From: Octopus vulgaris | Taxonomy: Eukaryota | Assembly (NCBI GenBank): GCA_951406725.2 | Contig: OX597828.1 | Location: 18,910,001 to 18,974,000 of the forward strand | Direction: 5' to 3' | DNA length: 64,000 nucleotides | Part shown: piece after piece, positions 25,066 through 37,855 of the stretch | Layout of the letters: each line of letters begins with the position of its first letter | How positions within the stretch are numbered: position 1 is the stretch's first letter | Notes under the pieces: generated by a model | What the model saw: only the letters and a program-made list of their open reading frames with translations | Databases searched by the model: none | Told to the model about the DNA's origin: nothing | Position numbers and translations under genes: made by a program

Positions 25066-26874
25066 GAGAAAGAGATTGATAGATAGGAGAAAGATATACA
25101 CAGACTGACAGGTAGATAGATAAATAGTGGATAGTTAGATATGTGTGTGTGTGTGTGTGTCTGTCTGTTAGTCCTCACCATCATTTGATAACCAGTGTTG
25201 GTTTGTTTATGTCACCTTATCTTTGTCATTCTGCAATAGGATAAGTACCAGACTTACAAAATAAGTACCAAAATGAATCAATTTGTTCAACTAAACCCTT
25301 CAAGGCAGTGCCCCAGCATGGCCACAGTCCAAAGACTGAAACAAGTAAATAAAAAAAAATCAAAAGATAAAACACAATTACAGCACCATGATATAATGAG
25401 ACAGCAGCTCGTCTAGCGAGGTTAATTTATTACATTGTGTACCTAAAGACACACAGACATTCTTCACAAACAAAGTCATGTTATTTGGATTACGAAAGAG
25501 AATGTCTACGATGCTTTACCATTCTTGGAATTTAATGCTTCAGTTGAGACGAATTAACTAAGTTCATGAAATCTCTGAACTTCCTCTTACGTTGACATAA
25601 GTCTTACAATAAGCTTCGTTGCCTTCCAGGTATTCAAGGCTGTAAGTCGACAGGGTTGTTGGAGCAACAAGTAGAAGTCTTGTGGTGTGGGTTTTCAACT
25701 GATTCTCCACTCTGCCTGTACTCAGTACTCTGAGTTCAAATCCCAATGAAGTCAACTTCACCTTCTTTTCTTTCAGGGGCTGATAAAGTATCACTCTAAT
25801 ACTAGAATCCATTCTTCTCTCTCTCTTACCCACTTTTTTCCTGCCCTTTTTCCCCCTCTTTTCTCCCTTTTCTCAGCCTGCTAAAAACAACAGTCAAATC
25901 GCCTTCATCTCACCGCAAACCATATTCTACTGTCTCAAGAAAAGAAAAGGAAAATCACAGCGTCCTATGCACTTACTTTCTCTGGTATTCCATTCCTCTT
26001 TGAATCTAATCAGCTGTGTTTAGACGTAGATCAAGACGGGCTTTACCCATCTTTTTCTTTCTTATATGTAGGAACCCAAAGACTACATTATCCAGCGTTA
26101 CTTTTCTAAGACAATAACATGTGATTTGTGAGCAATTTAGCTGCTATTTCTAGCAAGTTGAGTAACTGCAAGTAGACTCCTCTTGTGGGCTTGCTGCAAA
26201 AAGAACCTAATTGAAGATATCAGTGAAGAATTGTGTCAGATCGTCTGCACATGTCTGAAAAGCCCCATTCAGGAATGTTAACAAGCTCACCAGTCTTATA
26301 TACACTCACTGCATGTAGGACCAGTTTTATCTCTAAAGAGGGCATTATCGTTCCTTTGATAATATGACCTTCATTAATTACTTCCTGTTCTTGCTATGAT
26401 AACCATGAGCAAAGAATTTACTTAGCCTGATGATGTTATTATTCTTGATGTTGTTGTCAATATTGTAATGCTGTTGTTTGGTCCCCAGATCATTTCTGCT
26501 CAAACAGACCTATGTTCTAAAGCATTTTAACTACAACCATCTTGTCTTTCTGCTTCTGGTTATCAACAACTACATTATATAATGTGTCCTCTTTCTTTCG
26601 GTTTTTTTTTTAAGACAGCAGAGTATGATTTTTGAGGGGTTTAGTTGCTATTTCTAATAATTCAAGTACTACATTGAGACTTTCTAATCAAGTTCATTAT
26701 TCAGCTTTGTATGAATGGTGGCAAGCTGACGTAACCATTAACCCTATTACTGCGGAAATCAGATACATCAACTCAAAATTTCATTATCCTTAACTACAGG
26801 AAGCAGTTTTATGCACCAGTCTATCTTTTGTTGAGGAAGGTCATGTTTAGGACTATTTTTTTGTTGAGATATAG

Positions 26875-27420
26875 GTGCATGTATGGCTGTGTAGTAAGAC
26901 GTTTGCTTCCCAACCCCATGTTTCCAGGTTCAGTCCCACTGCATGGCACCTTGGGCAAGTGTCTTCCCCTGTAGCCTCAGTCTAACCAAAGCCTTGTGAG
27001 TGGATTTGGATCTGGTAAATGGAAACCTTAAAGAGTGTGGCTGTATGGTAAGAAGTTTGCTTGCTAATAACATGGTTCTGGGTTCAGTCCCACTGTGTGG
27101 CACCATGGGCAAGTGTTTTCTAATGTAGCTTCAGGCTGGCCAAAACCTTTTTGAGTGGATTTGGTAAATGGAAACTGAAAGAAGCCTATCATATATATGC
27201 ATGTGTGTGTTTGTGTCACTACCACCACCACCACCACTTAACAACCAGTGTTGGTATGTTTACATCCCCATAACTCACCAGCTTGGCAAAAAGAAAAAAC
27301 TGATAGAATAAGTACCAGGCCTTAAACATAAGCACTGTGGTCAAGTCATTCAGCTAAAAGAAATTCTTCAGGGCGCTGCCCCCAGCATGGTCACAATCTT
27401 TGACTGGAACAAGTTAAAGA
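26875..27420 (+). mobile_element. tRNA/CORE SINE with duplicated head
   Basis: Two tandem heads (about 26875-27030 and from 27033) followed by one tail. Confidence 0.8.
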
Positions 27421-28114
27421 TCCTTATTTATCAATCTGCTAAATTACAAGACCGCACAGCACTGATTGTTGAGCAGTATAAATGTAAATTCATACGAATG
27501 CATACACACACATAAACGCTTCTATTTGTACATGTTTTGCATTTGTTTGTGAAGAACATTTTGACCCTCCGTGTATCATTAAACTCTATCCGCTTTTCAA
27601 GTAAAGCAATTTCCATTCCACTTGTACAGGAAAACGTGGAGCCACCTACCAGACAAAATGACAACAAGTAAAATGTCAACAGACATTGTAAGAGCAGCAC
27701 ATACGCACACACACATGCATGTAGACACGCATGCACACTCACACAGTGTGAAAATAAGGGTCTGAAAAATTGAACAGATCTCACATTAAGTTCTCCATCA
27801 AATGCATGGCTAACAAGAATGTCCGTGGTTGAGATTTGGTTGAAATTTCGTGTAGGTCTGAAAAACAAGGAGGAAGAATGTATATGAGCAGAACAGATAA
27901 GAGCAGGGGTTGGCATTAGGAAGGGCATCCAACCATAGAAACCATGCCAGAGCAGACAACTGGAGTCTGGTGCAGCCCTCTGGCTTGCCAGCTCCTGTCA
28001 AACCATCCAACCCATGCCAGCATGGAAAACAGATGTTAAAAAGATGGTGATGATGATGATGACTATGATGTCAATTAGAGTGAAGAGAATTAGTGCTAAT
28101 TTTCTTTTAATTAA

Positions 28115-28323
28115 TTCTCTTTACTCTTTTACTTGTTTCAGTCATTTGACTGTGGCCATGCTGGAGCACCGCCTTTAGTCGAGCAAATCAACCCCAGGAC
28201 ATCCTTTGGAAGCCTAGTACTTATTCTATCGGTCTCTTTTGTCGAACCACTAAGCTACGGGGTCATAAATACACCACCATCAGTTGTCAAGCGACGTTGG
28301 GGGACAAAGACACTCAAACATAT

Positions 28324-28358
<35 letters not shown>

Positions 28359-28533
28359 CATATATACGACAGGCTTCTATCAGTTTCTGTCTACCAAATC
28401 CACTCACAAAGCTTTGGTTGGCCTGAGGCTATAGTAGAAGACACTTACTTGCCCAAGGTGCCATGCTGTGGGACTGAACCCAGAACCATGTGGTTGGTAA
28501 GCAAGCTACTTACCACACAGCCACTCCTGCGCC
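28115..28533 (-). mobile_element. Full-length tRNA/CORE SINE
   Basis: Near consensus. Confidence 0.9.
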
Positions 28534-28886
28534 ATTAAAAGAAAGAAAGTTTCTGCTGTATCTAAAATGGATCGTTGTTTCTCAAAGAGCAGCACAAGAA
28601 TTTTATTTCACTACATTTCCAACACCTGTATTATATTAAGTTAATAAAGCTTGTTCTTTACTTAAATTACATTTTTTTAATATCTTCCTCTTTCTTCCCT
28701 TTCTATTGTATTCAGAATATTAATGGCAAAACCTGATGTATATATAGCTTTAGTGAGTCATTGGAAGGTGTTATGGTAATTTACAAGTAAAAAAATTAAT
28801 GATGATCAGATATCCGGAAAATTCAATTATCCAGCAACTCTGTAGTCCCATTGGTGCCGGACAGATAGGAGACGGCTTATTGTAGC

Positions 28887-29123
28887 TTAACCCTTTAGTA
28901 TTCAGATTAAAGTTCAAATGTAATCGTTACATATTCTCGTTAAATTTTATTAATCATGCATTATCACGTTGCTGTGAGATTTTGATGATATAACTGTTCA
29001 TTTTTAGAATGACATTGTAAGGTAAGTGTGAGAGGCTGGATCTGCCCAGTTTCAGTATGAAGCAGGTAGAATATTTGGGCTAGATATGGCCGGATAAGGC
29101 TAGTTTAAATGCTAAATGGTTAA
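28887..29123. mobile_element. piggyBac-like (TTAA) MITE
   Basis: TTAA-CCCTTTAGTATT ... AATGCTAAATGG-TTAA; related copy in opposite orientation at about 43160-43376. Confidence 0.7.
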
Positions 29124-29134
29124 TTCAAGCTGGT

Positions 29135-29430
29135 GGAGGCATTTGGCTTTGTGGTTAGGGTGTTGGATGCAGGACTGTAAGATTGTGGTTTCAATTCCTG
29201 GATAGGGGCGGCACGTTATGTTCTTGAGCGAAACACTTCACTTTTTTTTCACATTGCTTTACTCCACTCAACTTGTAAAAATGAGTAATCCTGCAACAGA
29301 CCCCGGCACCTCATCCATTTGGGGTGCGGGTAGGGGAGGGAGGAAAACTTGTGCCACGGAAACCGTGGTGGGTGGTTGGATGGTGAAACAGGCCCTACAA
29401 GTTTACATGACGTGGGGAAGAATCTAATCC
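29135..29430 (+). mobile_element. Third tRNA-headed SINE family
   Basis: A-box TGGCTTTGTGGTTAGG, B-box GGTTTCAATTCC, CORE-like GTTCTTGAGCGAAACACTT; related copies on minus strand at 43480-43605, 54915-55170, 59265-59572 and 62375-62693. Confidence 0.7.
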
Positions 29431-29745
29431 AAACTGCCTAGTGAGATAACTAAATAGATAAATGGAATCAATTCTATCATTTATCAACAATGTGGTGGAG
29501 TCGAATTTCACACTGAGACCAAATACGTTTTGCATATGACTCACCATATACAATGTATATCTATTCAATTCCTGCTGTTGATACCTTAGAGTCTACACAA
29601 ATTGTCAAGTATGTGTATGTATATGTATACATCTGCATGAATGAATGTATGTGAAAATGTATGTATATACAGGTGTATGTATATATATGTATGTACATAT
29701 GAATCTCTCTATCTATGAATGTGTATATATACGTGTGTGTGTGCA

Positions 29746-29792
<47 letters not shown>

Positions 29793-29847
29793 CTTTTTAC
29801 TTTCATATACATATACATATATACATATGCATATCTGTCTATCTATC

Positions 29848-29934
<87 letters not shown>

Positions 29935-30768
29935 ATACTAGCAATAAAGGGTTTAGCAACGAATTGCCTTACCACAGACCGAATTTAGAAATAGCAGTCA
30001 AAGAGTTATAGCTATTTCTTCTACTAAAAAGGGAGATCTCAGTAAAAAACACAGCAATTGGAAGGCAATTATATATATATATATATGTATGTGTGTATGT
30101 ATGTATGTATGTATGTATATATATGTTTGTATGTATCTGAATCTATGTGTATGTGTATGCGAATGTATATGTGTATGTATCTGTATAGGTATGTATATGT
30201 GTGTATTTACTTACATATTTCTGTAGAGCAAACAGTAACTCTAACCATTTAGCCAAGCTAAGAATACTGACAGGTAGCCTCATCGTCTATGCTAGGGGTT
30301 AAGGTGTGGTTATCATTTGCCCTCAGTTTTTCTCTCTTTCAGTTTCTCTATATATATGTGTGTGTTTGTGTGTGTGTGTGTGCGTAAGTGTGTAATTATG
30401 TATGTAAGCAAAAATCCCCCGCTCCTCATCCACACACACACACACACCGTCGTGTGAATAATAAGTGAATTCTAACCTCTTTCTATCATTTTATTTCTGT
30501 TTGCTAACTTATATTCTTAGTTGATTTATCATATGCGAACTTACCAGTAGATATATATTAACACGTACAGATGTGTGTGTGTGTGTGTGTGTGTGAATAT
30601 ATGCGTATGTTTGTCTGTGCATACATTTTAATGACTGTATGCATAAATGTGTATAAATACATAAACATAAAATGAATATAGATACTTATGTATGCACACA
30701 CAGACATATACATGTAGTTTTGTGGATTTAATATGGGCTTTTTGGTGTACTTATGTGTGTGTATATAC

Positions 30769-30847
<79 letters not shown>

Positions 30848-30891
30848 CACACACACATATATATATATATATACATATACACATATACATA

Positions 30892-31772
30892 CAGGGTGCG
30901 ATGGGTAAATTGTCACCATTTTATATTTATAATTTTGTGCAAGCACATTGTTTGTTTTTGATTTTGTTGACTACACAGTATAGTAGGGTCGGTTGAGCAC
31001 CCTCTGTGAGAAAAGCAACACCACAATGCAATTCATTCTGACAGAAATTTGGAAACGACAAGCTGTACTGCTTTGCATTCACACAGGAAGCTCCAATATG
31101 AACATTTCAGAGTGTTTCGGTCTCAATCTGAGGACATGTACAGAGAGTGATAAAAATCAAACATTCAGTCAGCATCATGGTGTTTGGAGTGATTACTAGC
31201 GATGATAACGTTATGCCTCCATTCGTCTTCTCACATGGCCACAGACTCGACATGGGGGCTTACATCAAGTGCCTGGAGGAGGTAGTGCTGCCCTGAGTCA
31301 AGAGGGTGGTTGCTGGAAGATCCTATGTCTGGCAACAGGACTCTGCACCATGCCGCACAAGCAGGAGAACCCAGTCATGGCGGTCAGACAATTTCTGCGA
31401 CCATACCACCCCTAAAATCTGGCCACCTAACTCCTCAGACTGCAATCCCCTTGAATAATATGTGTTGGGCACAGTGGAGTGAGAAACCAACAAAACTCCT
31501 TGTAACACCAAAGATGGACTTAAGGCAAGGATTATGGCAGCATTCACCAACTTAAAACAAGGAGACCATCCAGAAGAGTTGCAGGAGATTCCAAAGTCTG
31601 GAGGCCGTGGTTGAAGCCAATGGCTGTTTTATTGAATGAATTTATTCTTTAGTATTTCAAAATATTTTAATGTAATCGGGGTAAATATATCTGTTAAAAT
31701 GAGATTTCGGTGTTATTTTCAATTTTTTTTTCATTTTTGTGTAATTTAGCCGACAGTTTATTCACTGCACTC

Positions 31773-31774
<2 letters not shown>
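30892..31774 (+). mobile_element. Internally deleted Tc1/mariner transposon of the DD37D (maT-like) type; transposase pseudogene
   Basis: TIR CAGGGTGCGATGGGTAAATTGTCACC / GCCGACAGTTTATTCACTGCACTCTG; translation IMVFGVITSD..YVWQQDSAPC..WPPNSSDCNPLE* with 37 residues between the 2nd and 3rd acidic residues; in-frame stops. Confidence 0.85.
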
Positions 31775-31854
<80 letters not shown>

Positions 31855-32611
31855 CTAAGGATGGGAGCTTTCATGTGTCTAAAGGATATAGATATACACA
31901 CACATATATACACATGCACCCTTACATATATATATACATACATAGATATACACATATATACATACGTGTGTGTGTGTGTGCATATATCTGTTTATATGTA
32001 GGAAGTCAGTGTTTATACTTACATATATACATACATATTTATAAAACCCTAATACCTCGTCGTATGTGTGAGTGTAATATCCGCACATGTTTGTATATGC
32101 GTGTGCAAGAGATGGGGCGGTGAGACAGAGAGAGAGAGAGAGAGAGAGAAAAGGACATGAAGACAAACAGGGAAAGAATGACAGAGCTAGAGAGAGAGAG
32201 AGATGTGTGGGGGGGAAAGAGTTGGAGGAGAGAGAGGGAGAGTGATAGATGCATGCAGCTAGCGTTGCTGCTGTGGGTCATTGCCATCATCAGTTGTCGA
32301 ACACCAGTCACCGTGATTTAGGAAAAGCCTAACAGAGTCTCTCCCTACTGAGAAGCAAACTGACATTGTACAGCGCTGTTATGTTCAGTAGCTTGAGGAT
32401 TTGTATCTACAAAACTTGTGCGCACATGCATGTTCATGCACACACACACACACGTGTCTGTGTGTTTTTGTGGATGGTTTTGTGGTTTTTAAGAACAAGG
32501 CTTTCACATAACCGAATGTAACCACTGAATACTTCATGAAGTGGAGTGTGTCATTTTATTCCGTTTTTGTGTGTTTGTTATTTTGATTTTTGATTTTTTT
32601 TTTATTATTGG

Positions 32612-32708
32612 TGACTAGTTTACGGAGATAATCCTGTTTCGATCCTAGGTGATCTTGTGAATAAGATTACCTTGGATCAAAAGAGGTTTAACTCTGTGAG
32701 ACTAGTCA
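32612..32708 (+). repeat. ~45-bp-arm imperfect hairpin (MITE-like or pre-miRNA-like)
   Basis: TGACTAGTTTACGGAGATAATCCTGTTTCGATCCTAGGTGATCTT-GTGAAT-AAGATTACCTTGGATCAAAAGAGGTTTAACTCTGTGAGACTAGTCA. Confidence 0.75.
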
Positions 32709-32782
32709 TTGACAATATATGTATATATGTATATACATACATGTATATATATATATATATATCTATATATATCTATCTATAT

Positions 32783-32827
<45 letters not shown>

Positions 32828-32927
32828 CATATATATATACATACATACATACATACATATATATATATATTTTGGAATGTATATATGTATGTGTATATCT
32901 ATGTATGTAGATATATATATATATCTC

Positions 32928-32960
<33 letters not shown>

Positions 32961-33047
32961 ATATGTGTGTATGTATACCTGTGTATGTATATCATCATCA
33001 TCATCAACATCGTTTAACATCCGCCTTCCAAACTGATGCATATCTTA

Positions 33048-33175
<128 letters not shown>

Positions 33176-33832
33176 ACTATTTTTAAATAGTGTGTATGTG
33201 TGTATATGTATATATTTAGTTCTGTGTGTGTTTCATAGTGTGCTTGCATGAGGGAATTCTTATACACGTCTCATGTTTGTATCTAGAAAATAAGGTATGT
33301 GTTTGTGTTTTATACTCCCATGCACATGCATCCATATGCATTGGTATATCGAACTAAAGAAAGAGTAGTACTCAATACTGCATCAATAGAATAAAAGTTT
33401 TCATTTTTTATTTGGTTATTGTATGAGACTGATCCCAATATTTATCTTAAAGAATTGTTGTACCTTCATAAATATTTCCTATTATCCTACATTGACTGAA
33501 AATTATCATTAACATGTATCAGTGATTGTATCAGGACTATTACCTCCTTGGGATAATTACTCACCTGAGTTAATTACCCCCTCTCCAATATATTAAGAGG
33601 TTTTATGCCATCATCTAAAAGTGCAGATTATGTGCGATTCCTCTCAAATAGGGCCCACAGCTAGCTTTTTTTGTTGTTCATGTGTATGTAGTTTCAAAAT
33701 GCCTTATTTTACAACTGAGATGTATTGTTATCACTATGATTTTATCTTACTATATAATCAACAACAAACACATTTATTAGCCTTTATTAGATTAAAAATA
33801 ACATTATCAAAACATGAAGGTAAAACAAAACA

Positions 33833-34155
33833 AGGTGCAGGAGTGGCTGTGTGGTAAGTAGCTTGCTTACCAACCACATGGTCCCAGGTTCAGTCCCACT
33901 GCATGGCACCTTGGGCAAGTGTCTTCTACTATAGCCTCGGGCCAACCGAAGCCTTGTGAGTAGATATGGTAGACGGAAACTGAAAGAAGTCCGTCGTATA
34001 TATGTATATGTATATATATGCGTGTGTGTGTGTGTCTGTGTTTGTCATTAGGAAGTGTATCCAGTGATAGAAATCATGCTGAAGCAGACACAGCAGAGCT
34101 TCGTGCAGTCTTCTGATTAGTCAACTCCTGCAAAATCTTCTAAAACAAACATCAA
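33833..34155 (+). mobile_element. CORE SINE head joined after its microsatellite to a GGAAGGGCATCC-family fragment
   Basis: Consensus head to about 34045, then CATTAGGAAGTGTATCCAG. Confidence 0.7.
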
Positions 34156-34515
34156 ATGATCACACACACACACACACACATGAACATGTATTCATCTGCT
34201 TATCTTCTTCACCATTTAAAATTCTTACATATTATATATTATATCTCTTGTGATCTTAGCCTTTGTTTTGCCATTGTTTCATTCCATTTTTTTCTTTTTT
34301 TCTCTTTTTCATTCCTGAATTTCTTCACCCTGCGGTTCCTGTATTTGTCACACTTGAAGACCATTGGACGTTTTACTAATTGGAATGTTGTCTTTATTTC
34401 ACAACATAATCTTAAGCATTCAAGGTAAACAAAACTTTTTCATATCAGAGATGCATACATTTATGTGCTACGCATTATATTTTATAATATATTATATATA
34501 TTATATATATATGTA

Positions 34516-34591
<76 letters not shown>

Positions 34592-35629
34592 GTGTGTTCT
34601 ACTTATGTGATTAGTGTATAATGATGGCTTAAAACACACGGGAATATCAGATGCATTTTCACTTTGAACTGTGCATGTTCAGGGAAAAAGTGTTTTTGCG
34701 TATTGGAGATTACGGGAAGCCCAACTTTGGACATAGGACGGTGGGTGATGGTTGGTGGGTGATATTTTGAGACATTTTGGGTGGTAGGGAACAATGCATC
34801 TTATATGTCTTTAAATATGCTATGTGCAATTTTTGTGTTTGTGTGAGTTTGTGTGTCAATGTTCTGGCTCTTCATTTATCTGTCTGTTTGTATGTTTATA
34901 TAAGAAATTAGGCTGAAAAAGAAATAAACAATTCTATTATGTGCTTCATTGGCTTACTGTTGTTTCTGCTATTAGATGCAATGCACTCATAGCTGAGTGC
35001 TTGAGTATCACCCTGTAGCTTCATTGGAGTTTATAGCTGTAAGCTAGCAAAGACACCAAAATAATAAGTACCTGATTTAATAAAAAAAAAATTATTTGTT
35101 CTGGGATCAATTTGTTCAACTAAACTTTTAAAGGTGGTGCCCCAGCATGGTCACACTTCAATGATTGAAACAAGTAAATGAGAAAAGATGCAAAATGCAG
35201 CAGGAATTTTTTGTATGATTTCCAATGTTACAGGAATTCAAGAATATTGAGAATTTATGCATTAGACATTCACAGACATCATGATATTGTATGTCTGTCT
35301 GTCTTCGTATTAAATTCTTCAACATGATCTTTTCCTGAATTTCGAGCACAAAAATTTCGGTATGTGGTAATAGATTGAAATGGAATCTTCAATCATTTTT
35401 GTTTAGAATTCAAGCAGACTTGATGTCTCAGATTATCATGGCAACTGTCTCTAAGACAAGACAAAAGTTGCACTGTTCTGTCCAATTTCTAAATTTGGCG
35501 CTGTAGTTAGAATTACCATGGTCAGAGATACACATAAATAAGACTGCTTGTGTGTGTGTGTGAGAGGTAGAGGGTATATGTGCATGTGTTGGTGTCTGTA
35601 TGTATAACTATACATAAAAACCTCTGTGT

Positions 35630-35666
<37 letters not shown>

Positions 35667-35780
35667 TGTGCACTGATGTGTTGAAAAACCTACATTCTTT
35701 AGAAATGATATTGGTCACTGTTCCATCACAAAAATCCATTTCTGAAATTGTTATGTCTCTCGATGATATTATTATTTTTT

Positions 35781-35821
<41 letters not shown>

Positions 35822-36074
35822 TATTATCATTATCTTTATTATTATTATTATTGTGATCATCATCATCATCATTATCATCATCATCATCATCATCATTATC
35901 ATCATCATCATCACCACCACCTTGAAAATTTAATGTCCATTTTTCCAGTGCTTGCATGGGTTGGACTGAATTTTGTTGAGGCATGCCCTTCATCTCACAT
36001 TATTTTTGTTACTAATCCTTTCTATTAATAGAAAGGATTAATAACAAAAATTATTATTATTATTATTATTATTT

Positions 36075-36253
36075 GCCAGGCAGAATGCTTAGCAGTAGTT
36101 TTTCTTCTGTCTTCGTGTTCAGAGTTCAAATTCCACCAAGGTTGACTCTGCCTTCCATCCTTTCTGGGTTGATAAAATAAGTACCAGTTGCACACTGGGG
36201 AGGGGGTGGTGGTCAATGTAATCGATTCTTCCCCTCCCCCAAAATTGCTGCCC

Positions 36254-36289
<36 letters not shown>

Positions 36290-36427
36290 GAATTCCAACG
36301 AGGTCGACTATGCCTTTCATCTTTTCGGGGTTGATAAAATAAGCACCAGTTTCACACTAGAATTGATGTAATCAACTTATCCCCATCCCCCTGAAAAATT
36401 TCAGGCCTTGTGCCTATAGTAGAATGA

Positions 36428-36469
<42 letters not shown>

Positions 36470-36965
36470 GCTTTGTATTTGTACAAGTTGGCACAAAGTC
36501 TCACCCAGAGACCCCAAGAGACAACAAGTTAGAAGTTCATGTTTGCGTTATGCCTAGGGTGCCATATATTTGGTTTTGTACATGGTGTTGTTCTAGAGAA
36601 TGTTTAAGAAACCATAAGAAAATTACACGTTTGTTTTAAAATTTGAGATAACATAGAAAATATTTTGTGTAGGATATTGTCGTCATCGTCGACGTCTTTG
36701 TCGTTATCATCGTCATCATCATCATCATCATCATTATTATTATTTTTAAGGTGGCAAGCTGACAGAATTGTTAGAATATTGGGCAAAATGCTTAGTGGCA
36801 TTTTGTCTGTCTTTATGTCCTGAGTTCAAATTCCGCCAAGGTCAACTTTGCCTTTAATCCTTTCAGGGTCGCTAAATTAAGTACCAGTTGCATACTGGGT
36901 TCGGTGTAATTGACTAGTCCCCTCCCCCAAAATTTCAGGCTTTGTGCCTTTACTCGAAGGGTTTA
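36075..36965 (+). mobile_element. Cluster of three Nin-domain SINEs with (TTA)n tails
   Basis: Nin-like AGGT(C/T)(G/A)ACT..GCCTT..ATC at about 36140, 36300 and 36840. Confidence 0.8.
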
Positions 36966-37823
36966 TTAATAATGAAGAGGGAGTTGCTCATAAGTTACTC
37001 TTAAGGCTGAGATATGATATAAACACCTGTAATTCACTAGAGTGTGTGCTTCTTTACACCTGCAATCGCTTGTGTAAAAAGTGCTGCATGCACGATGTTG
37101 TTGCCTGTTTCTCCTGTCAACAAATCATTCACTCACTTCGTACCTTCAAGGGCTGTGTGGAATATGTGGTCCCTTACTTGGAAAGAAAGCAGGAGTTAAT
37201 GTCAGATAAGGTGTCTGGCTAGAGAAACAATGCCTCAATAATGTATTCATCCGATCCATACTGGTATGGAAAAATGGATGTAAAACAAACGTTATTAAGT
37301 AAAACTAGCAGTGTCACTGAGGATGATGTGAATTAAAATGGCACCATTATATGACTGGTACCATGACAAATACAATGTAGCAGAAAATAAAATATTACAT
37401 TTACTTTTTTGGGGTATTTTCTTTCTTTTCTTTTTTTTTTTTATCCCACTGTTTGATAATAAATTTAAAGTCAAAAGTAACAAACACTCTTTCAGAATTC
37501 TGTGTAACAAGAAACTTTAATTCCAGTGAGAATTTCAGCTATTTTTATTTTCTTAGTCACAGATATTTCATTTTAACATTTTCAGATTCAGATTTTAGTT
37601 TTTGTTTAGATTTACATAATTTTATTTTGTATATATATTTTTTTTATCTCCCCCCACCCCCACCCCACTCCTCTTTCTTTTTTTTAATTACAAATTCTTT
37701 TAATATTTGGAGCAGCAATATTTGAATGTCAAACCTTCATATCAGCATCTACATCAGGACCGTTTTCGGAAGTGTGCTTTGATTACATCACTATCTTCAT
37801 CATCATCGTCATCGTCGCCGTCG

Positions 37824-37855
<32 letters not shown>

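Noticed and set aside
29960-30070. Minus-strand CTGAGA...GAAATAGCTATA with AATTGCCTT/AAGGCAATT inverted ends
   Set aside because: The core lacks a nucleotide and helix I does not pair; at most a decayed motif.
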